In this document: piece by piece, positions 23,801 through 36,362 of the stretch
Layout of the letters: the number at the start of each line of letters is the position of its first letter
How positions within the stretch are numbered: position 1 is the stretch's first letter
NCBI RefSeq assembly: GCF_052425735.1
Contig: NC_135771.1
Location: 868,001-932,000, forward strand
Direction of reading: 5' to 3'
Source: Oculina patagonica
Taxonomy: Eukaryota
DNA: 64,000 nt
The notes under the pieces: generated by a model
What the model was told of the DNA's origin: nothing
The model's database searches: none
What the model saw: only the letters and a program-made list of their open reading frames with translations
Program-made: the position numbers and the translations under genes

Positions 23801-24463
23801 TATACGCAATGAATGAGCAAGCTTCCGTCAAAGCGTGTCCCAACATCAATAAATAAATATGCAGTTTTTTATGGAGCTAATGGAAATCCGTTTTACTGTC
23901 TAACAAACCGTGCAATTCTACATCAGCCTTGCTGGGCTGGAAAACTTGCAAACTTTATTTAAAGAAAACGAATCTCTGTGTGCTACTACAATCAAGATAG
24001 ACTAAACTTATGTAAATAAAATATAGTAGCACTGGCAATCTAAACTTTAAGTTGAGTTTATCCTTTTTTTTTTTTTGCTCTAGCTTTGACTTATACGTTA
24101 GATATCTTTCTTTATTTTTTAAAAACCCATCTAGCAGAATTAAAATTTTACGAGAGCCTGTGCTGTAGAAACTAAATTCGGATTATGCCTGGCAGAAGTA
24201 GACCGTATTATTTTAAAGTGTGAAAAATGGCTCCAAATAACCTTAACCTTCTCTTCGGCTTGCGGTAACTTTGTTCGATTCTGTGCACGAAAACAATCAC
24301 AAAGAATATATTTCCTATCGTAAGAATTGAGCCGCATGCCTTGTAATATTACAACCGTTTGTCAAGGCTTCATAATACAAGCGCTATCAAACAAGTGTTC
24401 AAATACCTTGGAACTGATCTGGTTCCCGCACTGTCCAACCTGAATATGAACTATGTCCCTCAT
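17867..24463 (-). CDS. TUBB: Divergent beta-tubulin, 6 coding exons, 454 aa
   Basis: Exons 24463-24407, 22808-22700, 22263-22153, 21582-21125, 20491-19997, 18001-17867 (1365 nt, all GT-AG, in phase). Motifs: [70 protein letters not shown] and an acidic tail. The first three exon sizes (57/109/111) match the conserved beta-tubulin structure. A probable 5' UTR exon donor lies near 24870. Confidence 0.95.
20692..20767. repeat. Near-perfect AT-rich inverted repeat
   Basis: CATCGGTGAAAATGTATCATTTACT / AGTAAATGATACATTTTCACTGATG. Confidence 0.75.
20794..20962. mobile_element. MITE with 5-bp TSD (hAT5-like) in tubulin intron 4
   Basis: CAATTGCGGATCCAG / CTAGATCCACCACTG; CTAAT duplicated at 20789-20793 and 20963-20967. 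Confidence 0.65.
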
Positions 24464-25611
24464 GATACTTGTATCCTTGTCTTGGAGTCTGTCGATCAGC
24501 TCACTCCTGTGGAATTAAATCTAAGGTTTCACATAGCCTTCAATTCAATGGTTGGCGTTTTTGGTTCCTTTCCAGAGACATATCTCATTAAATATTATTA
24601 CTTAACTTGGAGGGATTTGTCGATTCTTTCGTGCCACTTTAACGTGATTTTATATGGACAACTAAACACCTACTCATGTCATTTTCTGCCAATAGACAAC
24701 GGAGCTCGCTTTACGTTGTTTTAAAGACATCCAAACGTCAAACTAACCAGGTTAGTCTTTAACTAGGATATGAATTGAACGGTAACAGGAACTGGTGAAA
24801 TTTTCATTTCAAAGACAAGAAAGAGAAAACGTTTTTTTTTAAAAGATTCTTTTGAATGAATGAGATCTTACCTTGAGAACTTGCTGCTAAATGAAAAACG
24901 CAAATGACCATGGTAGAGGTAATTAAGTCTTTTTTCAGGATCGGATAACAGTACGAAAAAACTGGACGGCCATTAGGACATATTTGAAGTGAGCTACATT
25001 CTATCGATTGTTCCTTTGAATGAATAATTGATGACGGCCATGATTGCTTTCTATTAGGGGGTGGTCGATTCATGGTGTCTTTTCTAACGAAAGTAACAAA
25101 TTGTCAGGCTAAAAGCTTTTTCGAGAGCTGTCGACTTTCTATTGGTCAGGAGTCACGTGACGAGGCTCTAACAAAGGACTTGAGTAGCCACACGCGAAAG
25201 TTGGTTTACAAGGAATAATCGAGTGATTCTTCACCCGCGGAGAAAAATCACGATTGTTTTGAATCATTTTAAAGGTTCTGCGTTGGTAAATTGTATCAAA
25301 AGGTGTTAATGTCACGCACTCCTAACCACACGCAATCCAGTTATTGTCTAAAATCAGTGCAAAACAACTGGCCGTGATGTTTACATTCGGTAACCGTTTG
25401 CTTTACTGTCGTTTCCGGTGTAAACTTACTTCCGCCTGTGAAAGCAACAATAGTGAAAAAGTCAGAGGCTTTTCGAACTGCAACTTCTTGCTATAATAAT
25501 CAGAATATGATAAATTTGTCTTTACTGTTTGGCCATCATATTTCTCTTCGCGCCTGTTGGCGCATAAGGCCCAGTTTGTTTAGTTGTAATTATTGGTAAA
25601 GTTGAAACAAA

Positions 25612-25981
25612 GGTCCTGTTCTATTAAACCAATGATTTCAACTGCAACCAGCTTTGGTTGATTTGGTTCAACTATCGAAATAGAACATTTCATCCGTTTT
25701 CGGTTGAGTTAGGCCGTTTTACAGGCATCAACCGTTCTCGGTTGGTTAGGTTAGTTGCGTGTTTTCGAGTTCTATTTTGGTTTAAAGGATTGTTGAATAT
25801 TGGTTGACCATTTCACCCGAATATAGTTGAAGAAGGGTTTTAGGGAGAAACTTGAGCCAAATCAACCGTTTCAACCGAGTTTTATGCCGGTTTGAAAATT
25901 TAATCAACGAAACCAACCGTAACGGTTTTTCTCAAACCAACCCAACCGCAGTAAAACAGTTGATTCCATAAAAACACGGCC
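25612..25981. mobile_element. Degenerate MITE (PIF/Harbinger-like ends) rich in CAACC/GGTTG motifs
   Basis: Imperfect TIRs GGTCCTGTTCTATT... / ...ATAAAAACACGGCC; many internal CAACCG/CGGTTG units. Confidence 0.45.
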
Positions 25982-26081
25982 AAAGGCCATCCTAAAACAA
26001 TGCTTGCCTTTTTATTCATATTTTGGCCAGCAGCAGTAGTAGGTTTTTGCTCTGTCACTATCATAGAGTCCGAGAAAAAGC

Positions 26082-26094
26082 CTGCTTCTGCTTC

Positions 26095-26125
<31 letters not shown>

Positions 26126-26130
26126 ACTGC
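26082..26130. repeat. (CTGCTT)n/(CTG)n microsatellite
   Basis: Seen directly. Confidence 0.9.
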
Positions 26131-29100
26131 AGACTAGTGCAGTTTTGAGCTATGACAGTAGTTTTTCGGGTTAATCAAAAGCATGTTCTGACAAAATTTA
26201 CAATAAGCTCTGAATGAGAGGGAAGAATTAGCCTGAAGTGTCCATGGTCTCCTCCTCCTTAAACCAGACTTAAACCCTGGGATTTGAGATTGAGGACGAG
26301 AATACGACTAACATGCTGGGTAATGGAAAGGACCCAAACAAGATTGTTACTCAAAATTTATTTGAAAAGTCACATCCATTTTAACTGCATTTGTGCCGCA
26401 GCTCATTTTAAAAAAGTTAACTGAGAAATCGTTGTATTCAGTGCACTGAATAAACAAAACAAACAATTGACACAGTATCATAGTTTAAGCAAGTGGCTTG
26501 TCGATACTAGTTTTGGCCGCGCTACGTTCGAATCGACCAACATCGCGCTATGCACGACTGTGATGTGAAGGTATGTGACTTTCATTCAAACGTCGAGCCA
26601 TAGTCTCGCTAACGTCAGAGTGAGTTTGATGAGCGGACGGGGATACATCCCGTGGAATAGGCTAATAAAATTAAACGCTTCAATGCAAACAGCTGGAAAC
26701 AGTATTGAACTGAAATACAAATCAACTCAGCAATGTTCGTCCAGCAGGTGGTGTGTTCGCCACTCTCGTTCCCAGTCTTGATTCGTCCCTACGGCGAGAT
26801 GGAAACGAGGTTGGTTAAACGTTGTAAATTATATATCAACTAGAAAATTGAAATTCGTTATCACTCCGGAAAGGTTTGGTGACTTATTCGTTTTGTGGGT
26901 TTTGGTTTTCAGTTTTATAGAACGACGCCCTGGGGCCTTCGCTGTTTCGAATCTAAGTCGGAACTTTCGCCGTAAATTCGATTCGCAAACTCTCATCAAA
27001 AGGAAGATTAACATAAAGATGTGACAGATAAAAGAAATTAACGACGTGTGATGGGCAGTTTGAAGTGTTACCTTAAATCCTTCAGGACCTTGTAACATTT
27101 AAATTATTTTTGTCATTTTAAAGCAATCACAAAGCTAGAAGAGGTCAATTAAAAGATTTGACACTTTAAGGTGTGCACTGCCCTGTCCACTGCCCTCGCT
27201 TGTTTTAATTGAGGTCAAGTTACGAAAAGTAGTGACCGTATGCTGAGTCTTTATTAAACTAACCACTGCAGCGTGTTACACCTGGTAACAGCACTTGACG
27301 TTTTTTTCTTTCTAGATTGATTTTTGTTATAAAAACTGTCGTGACTTGGGAACATGTGTTTGCCTACTAATTGTGCGAGTATACGTCATCATATGCAAAA
27401 ACACTTGAAATGTGCTGTTTCACCTCGCTAAAGTGGGCGTTTAATTTTTTTTATAAAGCGATCTTTACTTTTCAAATGAAAGGAATACTTAAGAATGTTG
27501 CAATCGAAGCCGGCTTCGGTTGCAATGTAATGAAACGTGACCTTGGTTTATTAGGATTGTTTAATTTTGGCAGTAACGATAAAATGAGTTTTCATTAAGC
27601 ATGATATTTTCCTTTACTTGGCTTTTGCACACTTGGCCGTCTTATCAGCTGCTACCGTCGTTTTGTTCAGAAAAGTAAACATTTCTTATTTCAATTTCCT
27701 TGACAATAACAAGTCAGGTAATGTGAAACTTAAAACTGACAACGCGGGAAAAATTGACATGCAAATGCGCTTCTTTCACCATAGAGGTTTGAGCCTCCTA
27801 AAGATCCCATACCATGTACGGTTTTACAAAAGACACTAAAAAACCTAATAGTTGGGAATTTGAGAGATAAACTTCTAATTACTGTGCTAGCTTGGCAAGT
27901 TCTACATCTTCTCCGTGGTTTTACGTAAAAGTGCTACACCGAGGGTGAAAATCATCGTATTTGATTCAGATCGAGAGAGCAAATGGTAAATACTTCAATA
28001 TTTCTAAATATGACCTAGGCGAGGGCGGCTAGGTCACCATGCTATTCACCATGCGAGCGGGCCCTGCTTTCCCTTTTTCACTGACAGACTATTTAGAAAT
28101 TTTTTACATCGTAGGCAGTTGTAAAATTTGGCTTTGAATCGGAGTCCGAGGTAGAGTGGTATCCTACGAAGCTTAACGCTTCTGTTAAATAGTCTTATGG
28201 ACAGTACGTATTTCTTTAAGCGACTTTTACACTGAACAGAGTTGTTCTACTTTTCTAACCAAAACCATAAGTAATCGACAAGTTTCCCGAAATTTGAATA
28301 AACCGTCTTACTCTACAAAAGAAAGTGACCAACGAAAACCTTAAAAATAATACAACAGCGTGCCGTCATTACAAAAATAATACAAAGGAGACATGTAATT
28401 TCTTCGCAAAACTCGCCAATAAATTTAATATTTGGTAATTGTTTTAAGGTACGTGCCTTATCAAATAATTATGAACATCAGATGTTCCTTTAGCTGTTCT
28501 TTCATGACTTCGCAATAATTTGAATAAGACAATGTTATCAAACACCATCAATGCAATGATTGACGTACAATTTAGGACGGAAACCTTTCAACTGCATGCG
28601 GTGATTATTTCATAATGTATGTGCTAATAACTCCAAGTTTCATTGCAAACGCTAGCTCATTTAAAAAAAGATAGAAAAAAATATTAGTTTTACCTATATT
28701 GTTTGTTCACAAAAAAGAAACTTTTCCTTAAAGAATCAAACAAGGATTGTTTGAATTACTTGTATTTAAACTACATATATCAACCTAATGACTTCTTCAA
28801 TTTTAACGCGTCACTTTTCTTTTACATATGGAAACTCAAACACGCCCTGGCCTCGAAGACTTTATTTGTTAAATGTTCACTACATACATGACAAACTTTA
28901 GTCACAACTTATTAACATTTACACTACATCATGACAGATAACAGAATAAGAAGAATGTTTAGTACAGAAGGATAACCTCCAAAAGCGCCCAAGCACCTTG
29001 CAAAAAACCTTATAACATATATATATATAACACATGCAGAAATTTAAAAAAAAAAACAATGCAAAAAAAAAAAAAAATAGAAGGATCAGTAAAACTAAAA

Positions 29101-29939
29101 AGTCTCATGTGCTAAAAAAAAAATCGATGTGTGCATTGTGTAACATATATGTAAAACATATGCAGAAATTTAAAAGAAAAATGCAAATAATATATTTAAA
29201 AAACTTAAAAGGCTCAGTAAAACTAAGTAGTCTCGTGCTGAAAAAATCAATGTGTGCATGAACTTGTGAAATAACTGGTTCCACAAGGATGTTGCTTATA
29301 TCTGAAAAATTTTATGATATCCGAGTTAGTTATCGGCAATATGAAATTAAAAATAATTTTATTCATGTTAATTTACAGTTTTTGAAAATAAAGTACTCAG
29401 TTCCATTATGATTATCACTTGTTATTAATAATAAAGGAAGAACAACGACTGGGTGGTCAGTTAATCAGCGCACGTTTAATAACTTTAATTGCTTAATTTA
29501 CGTCATCCTGTAGACTGATAACAATAGTCACTTCTTTACATTTTAATTATCTTTTTCATGTTGTATTGCACGCTCAGTAATATTTCACAATCACTATAAT
29601 TTGATGTCAAATTTGATATAATTGCAATTGGATTAAAATTTGTTTTAAACCAGGGTTATATTACCATTGGTTAGTTTTGATTGGTTTAAATGGATTTTTA
29701 ATTTTCGAAGCAATGTTGCTGCCGGATATGCAATATATTTGATTATCACTTTACCTTATTCAGACATCACGGGTAAAGTTTTAGAACTTTCCTCCGCACT
29801 GTTTCCAGCTTACATGTACCTATACAATTGGTGCACCCGAATTTACTCACAAGGTAGTTTGAAACGTTTATTTCCTTAACTTCTCTATTTTTCACATGGT
29901 GGTGGTCTTCTTCTATTAATCATTTTAAGAATTTAAATA

Positions 29940-30260
29940 GTTATGGCCCCCGTGCTATCTCTGTTGCTGCGCCGTTGCTTTGGAACAGTCTTTAACATGT
30001 TAGGGATGCAGAATTGCTAGACATTTTTAAAAGACAGCTGAAAACAGGTCTTTTTAAGCGTGCTTTTTTAAATTTATAATGTAATGGTAGCTGTTTATTT
30101 TAGTTTATCTTTTAGCCGCTCTTTACTTCTTTTCGATGAATATTAGGATTTTTTAGCTTCTTTGATGTTTAATTGCAAATTTTTAATTTTAACCCTGTAA
30201 ATAGCGCCTTTGGACACTTGGGAAAGGGGGCTTTAGAAAACGTATTATTATTAATAATAA
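29940..30260 (+). mobile_element. L2-clade LINE 3' end fragment
   Basis: Degenerate ORF2 C-terminus (YG.RAISVAAPLLWNSL...DIFKRQLKT.LF), followed by a TGTAAATAGCGC...GGCTTTA 3' end and a (TAT)n tail. Confidence 0.7.
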
Positions 30261-30267
30261 AGTATTT

Positions 30268-30406
30268 TTCGTTTTTCTCACGACGTAGTGTCACTTGTGA
30301 TGTAGATCGCGACGTTTCGACTGCACACTGCTAGTCTTCATCAGGCGATAAGGTCGACTGGTTGTGCGTGAACTTATAAAGCACGCTGCTGCGCTGTGAT
30401 TGGGTG

Positions 30407-30407
<1 letters not shown>
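30268..30407 (-). mobile_element. Penelope-like retroelement terminal (pLTR) fragment carrying the hammerhead
   Basis: Short GC-richer insert between an L2 tail and a (TTA)n array. It contains the hammerhead type characteristic of Penelope-like element repeats. Confidence 0.6.
30306..30349 (-). ncRNA. Minimal type I hammerhead ribozyme (Penelope-like element type)
   Basis: Minus strand reads AUCGC-CUGAUGA-A-GACUAGCAGUGUGCAGUC-GAAAC-GUC-GCGAU. It has stem I AUCGC/GCGAU, an intact core, stem II GACU(A)GCA/UGCAGUC, a palindromic ACGU mini stem III and a GUC cleavage triplet. Confidence 0.85.
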
Positions 30408-30442
<35 letters not shown>

Positions 30443-30470
30443 TTATTATTATTATTATTATTATTATTAT
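30408..30470. repeat. (TTA)n microsatellite
   Basis: Seen directly. Confidence 0.95.
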
Positions 30471-30610
30471 GCTCATTTAGGATAGTCTCCTATTTGCCTC
30501 TCCTGTCTGCCTTTACGTTAATAGAATTTATTCTTTTATGAGGAGCAAGATGTTAAGGGTCTCTGATGATATTTATGTTCATAATACTATTACATTTTTT
30601 GTAGGAAGTG

Positions 30611-32290
30611 ATGCACATGGTGTACAATCGAGATTTAAGCCAAAGATTGTTCTTTGCAGCCGTCGCCATCTTTTCTTTCACGGGAAACCTTTTCTTCATT
30701 GTGCTTATTGTGCGCAATAGAAAGTTGATGAAAAATGCGTATCATGTTATATTACTTAGCTTGGCTATAACTGATATGATGACAGGTAAGGAAACTAAAA
30801 ATACTGCTTTTATCTCAGTTCTAACTGTAAAGATGTTAACGTGATCAACTTTTACATTTGTTAGCTTAAAACAAGAAAGCTTCTTAGCAATTTCAAGCCC
30901 CTTGTTGTATTAGATGTGACACTGACCTTATTATCCTTACTGTCAATTTTTTATATCTCTGAACGTAACAGTTTAACGGTGAAAGGTTAACACAAGCGAC
31001 CCTTACACACACATCACACACAAAAAAGGGAAAAAAAACAAAGTCCTACATAAAACCTCCAGCCCCCGGATAATCCGAGTTAGTTGATTTTCTTTGCATC
31101 GTATACACCTTTCTTTTAATGCTGTAATATCTCATAGTTGAGGGACTACCACATTGTAATTTTAGGAGGCACTGGAACTGAATACAAAATGAAAAATAAA
31201 AATCTTAAGAATTATGGATTGTCTTCAGTTTTTATGTAATGGCCCTTTTGATGAGGAAACTGACTGAACATTTAAGTGTATTGTTAAACAGTTTTAATTT
31301 TCAGTAAAATGTTTTATCCAATATGCAAACTTAATTTCTAAGGATACGTATTTTGCAGTTACTGACATGAGTTATTCTTTCTCAGGAATGTTTCTTCTCT
31401 TAACACCTGTTTACATCATTGGAGAACAACCAGCATTGGCAGGCGAGAATTTCGGATCCGCAATCTTTTGTTACATAGTGGCAAATCAATTTCTTGTCTT
31501 CACGTTTGGAATTGTCTCCTTGTATACCGTCACGCTACTTGCAGTGGAGCGTTGGTTTGCAGTTTTCCGTCCCTTAAGATATCGAACAGCATTTAGACCA
31601 CACAGAGTGCAAAAGTATCTGATAACTGTTTGGATAATTTCCTTTGTTGCGAACAGTACGCACATCATAGAGACCAAGTATTTCCTTCACAGTGGAAACA
31701 CAACTAAACGGTGTGTGTTTAATAACCGATTTGCCGGCAATGAAGCTAGAGCTGCCATAGGAGTTGTGGAGATCTGTATCAAGTTCTTGATACCAGCGGG
31801 AATTCTCCTGATCACGTTCACCCGTCTCTATCATTTCATGAAAGGTTCAGCTGTCCTTACAACAACTCGTCGTAGTAGCTATGTCGCTCTTACACGGGTC
31901 ACACACATGGCTGCCATAACAGCGTTAGTTATGGTACTTTGTTGGTTTCCTAACCAGCTTTTCTATTTACTGTTTAAGCTCAACGTTGTACAACTGAACA
32001 CTCCATGGCACAGAGTAACAGTCATTTTGTGCATGTTTAACTCATGCTTAAATCCTTGCATATTTCTTTTGAGTAACAAAATCTACAGAAAAAAAGCAAA
32101 AGAACTGCTCCCAAGTTGCAGTGAAATTTTAAAGAAAGATGAGATATCATTAAAGGAACCAAAACGCGTGACCCAGTCTGCAGTGTGCGTCAAATTTACC
32201 AAGGGTAACTCTCTAGAAGGGGACAAGGTGCAGATATTTCAACATGCGTTAAACTCTTCATTGGCTATGCATAGCCATGACCTGGGCTAA
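30611..32290 (+). CDS. Class A (rhodopsin-like) GPCR, peptide-receptor-like, paralogue 1, ~359 aa
   Basis: Exons 30611-30785 and 31386-32290 (phase 1 intron in TM2). Motifs: GN in TM1, LAITD, ERW, CWFPNQ, NSCLNPCIF; TM3 and ECL2 cysteines present. Confidence 0.9.
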
Positions 32291-32520
32291 AGAAAATTGT
32301 TTAAGTATATATTATATGTTTAATTTATTTTAAAGACCACAACAATTTGTTTAATATATTACTTGGTGTTTAAATTAATATAATTATTTCACTGTATACA
32401 TTTCTAATATTAGTCAATAGTCAGCCCTAAGTAAGTTTGAATTGTAATACTTGTTAGTTAATTCACAACCCCAGAAGCATGTTGTGCTTCAATACCGATC
32501 GTGTTGAAACAATGGATCTT

Positions 32521-32583
32521 ATTATCATCATCATCATTAACATCATCATCGTCGTCATCATCATCATAATCATCATCATCATC
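32521..32583. repeat. (ATC)n microsatellite
   Basis: Seen directly; explains the poly-Met ORF. Confidence 0.9.
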
Positions 32584-33059
32584 TTTTGTATGAAGAATGT
32601 AGAGAATGGCTTATTAGTCAGTCCAATGATATAAATACGTACGAAACTAAACAATACGTTGTCACTTACATTTCTATCGGTATAATATGTATATAAGATG
32701 ACTTTTAAAATATATGATTTGAATAAACATGACAGTCCACTTTGCACCGTCTATTTTTATTGTTGTTCTGCCAAAATATAACAATTACAAGTGTTTTTTC
32801 TGCCCCAAGGATGGGCAGTATCTGAATTCTCTTTACAACATCTATTACATTCAAATTAATATAATAATTGCAGTCTAAGGGCTGACATAAAAATGCTTGA
32901 CAACTGATTTGAGGAATTTCTAGCTGGAAGCAGAAGGTTTTCAAGTTTCCATTTATGTAGTGATTAAGACGCTAAATTTCAGGACATAACTAATGTATGG
33001 TGATAAGAACTAGTAGGTATATAAGCAAAGAGAATCGCGCGCTTAAGTTATAGCTTGCT

Positions 33060-35445
33060 CTATACGTGTGTAACGCATTCATTGGCGGATTCATCGCGTT
33101 TGTTGGTGTTCTTATCTGGTATTCCAGTCACTGAGACCTTCTTGTTCCTGTCTTCTTGATTCTCTGGTTTTGTCTGAGGACACTCACGTGCAAATACGGA
33201 TGCTTCTGGATGTACCTCCGTCTTACTAAGCCTTGCATCATGCCTAATTCTGGTAGCTCTCAGCTCCTTTGCTGTAATGTCTGTCATTTCAGGTGCAACT
33301 TCAACTCTCTTCCAAAAACATATAATTTTTGTGAACTTTTTCCTGGTAGCTCCGTAAATCCAAGGATTTATACAGGAATTAAACATGGCTAAGACAACTG
33401 TCACGTGATGCAGAGGTGTATCAAACTGAGTGACGTTGAACTTTGTCAAGACGTAAACAAACTGATTTGGAATCCAACATAGTGCCAAGAAAAATCCTGT
33501 TACAGCGCACATGCGCAAAAGGCTGTTGAAGGAGTTTGGGCGGCTGCTCTTGGCGAGACGATAACGTGACCTGCGCATAACGCGGTACAAGTGAAAAAAT
33601 GTGATCATGGAAATAGAAAGTGGGATTAAAAAAGTGAAGGCCACGTGAAAAACTGTATATATTTGAGACGTGGACTTGTTTTTAATCAGCGTTACCCGGG
33701 CACAAGAGGGAGTTCCGTCCTTTATTACCAGTTTCTTCGCGATTAATGCTTGCCAGTTTAGAGCACAACAAACCATAGCAACACCTGTAATGTATACAAT
33801 GACTTTCCACCTCTTGAATGTAGACTTGTACTTGACGGGCCTTGTGATTGCATACCAGCGGTTTATTGCTAATAGCATCACTATGGCAATAGAGATCTTA
33901 CTAAAAGTGAAGACAAAATACTGGGAACTAAGTATATGGCAGAAAACCTCTCCTGCCAAGTTCTCTGGGACGGGAAAGTTTTCGTCTCCTATGACAAAGG
34001 CTGGAGTTATGGCCAATACAATCCCTGTGGAGATAAAAAAAATGTTCTTTTCAATCACTTGTCGTTAAAAGGTTGTCGTAAAAAGTTCTTGTCTTAGTTC
34101 GTAATTAATTTAAAAGTGTGCCTGAGGAATCAGGCAACGCCTGATAAATGTATTTGCCTTGTAGGTTTTTATTCCTATTTTTCTTGTCATTTTTTTTTTC
34201 ATTTTGTTTGCCTTATGACGAAACGTGTGTGTTATACTTTTTGTACCGTTTACTGAGAGCGCATTTGAGCTTTTAAAAAGACGACATACACGAAAATTGT
34301 AATTGCGTAATACTTTTACACATCACGTTCAGCCTTTACAAAACAAGTTGCTTTACTGTATGATTACGTATCACTTTTCGTCATTTTATATGGGTATAGT
34401 GCTGTCACTATAGTGCCACTGATTTCGCGTACATAGCAAATTTGACAATACAGAACGAAAAAACTCTCTGTTTTTTTAATACTATTATTATTTACCATAC
34501 TTGGCGACAAACTCTAGACAGGTGTTTCGCTTCTTCCGGATATTGCTTTTACGAAAATTGAAAACTTAAAAACCCATGTGATCTATTGTTAATGTCTCCC
34601 TCGATAAGCGCAAAAATAATGATCACACACGTAAAATTATACACTGAAACGACAATAAAAATTAAACAAGTCTTCTTTTTAGGGTGAATTCGGAGAATAA
34701 TAATGAACGACATGCCTTTAAATGTCCAGAGTAGCAGTGAGTTTCAACTTGGCAGTATCAAAAAATACTTCTTCCAATCACAATCACCATATTAACAAAA
34801 ACAAAATCGGAACATTTTAAATGACGGATCTCTGTTTCACAAACTGAAATGAATAAAGTTAATTACTTTTTTAAAACAGAATTTTGACAACAATGAAATT
34901 AAAAATTTTGGTTCAGTAAATATGGTGCAACTCTGAGAAAACAAGGCTTTTTTGTTATATCCACTGAATATTTGCGACTAAGACAAAAATAAATATTGCA
35001 TTCCTGAAAAAAAAAAATAGAAAAAGTAAGATACGTTTGTTCACTTCTTTGGTCGACAGAGCTTCAGTGTTTGCTTCATTCAAGTGAAGCTTTAGTAAAT
35101 TTGTGATTGTTACTAAAACTGGTCCTTAAAAGATGGTCCTCGATGTAATAGTTTTTTTTTTTTCAATATTGCCTTTATATTGTAATGTGCTCAGCTATAT
35201 TTCGTCCTTCCGTTCAGTGTTGCTTTTATCACATGTTCCTTACCTGTGAACATATCAGTGAAGGCCAGAGAGAGAATCAACAAATTATACGAGTTCTTTA
35301 ACATGGTCCGACTTCGGAGAATGACGGCACAAACCAATCCATTGCCTAAAAACGCCAGGGCAGCGATAGCTCCAAATGTTACCCTTAAAGTGGTTCGTGA
35401 AAAGGCAATACGGGTTTTGTTCCCTGCTGATTCTGTGTCGTTCAT
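33060..35445 (-). CDS. Class A GPCR, paralogue 2, ~388 aa
   Basis: Exons 35445-35244 and 34024-33060. Motifs: GNGLV, LAFTD, NRW, CWIPNQ, NSCINPWIY. Confidence 0.9.
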
Positions 35446-36362
35446 GGCTTCTTGGTGGTGTTAAGTAACAGATGTTATCTACCAAAGGGAAGAAAGCATA
35501 TAATTCCGTCAAGACAACGTCCAGTAATTACGTGTGTGACAAATAAGTCTTACAATTTTTTAATTTTCTGTTCAGAGTAACAGCCACTCAGTTTCTTTGC
35601 ATGATTCTTGGGCTGTACTTGTCAAATGTCCGTCAAGTTTGTAAGATAAAATAGAATAGGCCCGGTATAAAGCGCAGAACAATTTATGGATTTGTTGACA
35701 ATTTTAGACCTAAAACAAATATTGCGAATGATTAAGAATTCCAATTTACTTTTACTTTTTACATTAATGCTGAAGCAGAGTCAAGACGTCTTTAACGAGG
35801 AGGTTGAAAAGATCAACACAATCTCGGTTTGACTAATTTTCCAGTATTGTTTGTAAAGCAAATGTGATTCCCGGTTCATAAGCCGATAAAGGTGCCTGTT
35901 TGACTGAATTAAGTATAACAAAAATGTTAACAAGTTGAATACCCGAAAAGCAAAGGTTGTAAAGATGTCATATAATTTTGCCGAAGAAACAGTAGAACGA
36001 ATGTTAATTACCAGACAAGTTGGGAGTGAGAATCTTCTAAGAGTGGATCTGAATCACAGACTTCAGTGCGTGGTGGCTCCTACTAAGATATTTATGAGCA
36101 AAGCGATAATGCGTTTTAGACGTTTGAATATCGATTAACAGCAATAAGACAGATTGGAAAATGTTTATTTAAAGACTAATTGATATATATTATTTCGCTG
36201 TGGGATTACGGTACACTAGTGAATACGTTTTCTGTTTTGCTCTGCTTTTGTTTGAAACACAAATGAAAGCTGGTACTTCCAATCTATTTATAAAGAACAC
36301 AAAATAGATGGGTGGAAAATGTTTAAGATGGAATCCGCCAGGACTTTGAGTAGTTATTGGAC

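Noticed and set aside
26741-26753. CCAGCAGGTGGTG CTCF-like motif
   Set aside because: Single short match, and CTCF is considered bilaterian-specific.
33670-34068. Antisense ORFs over GPCR and tubulin exons
   Set aside because: Shadow ORFs of the real coding strand.
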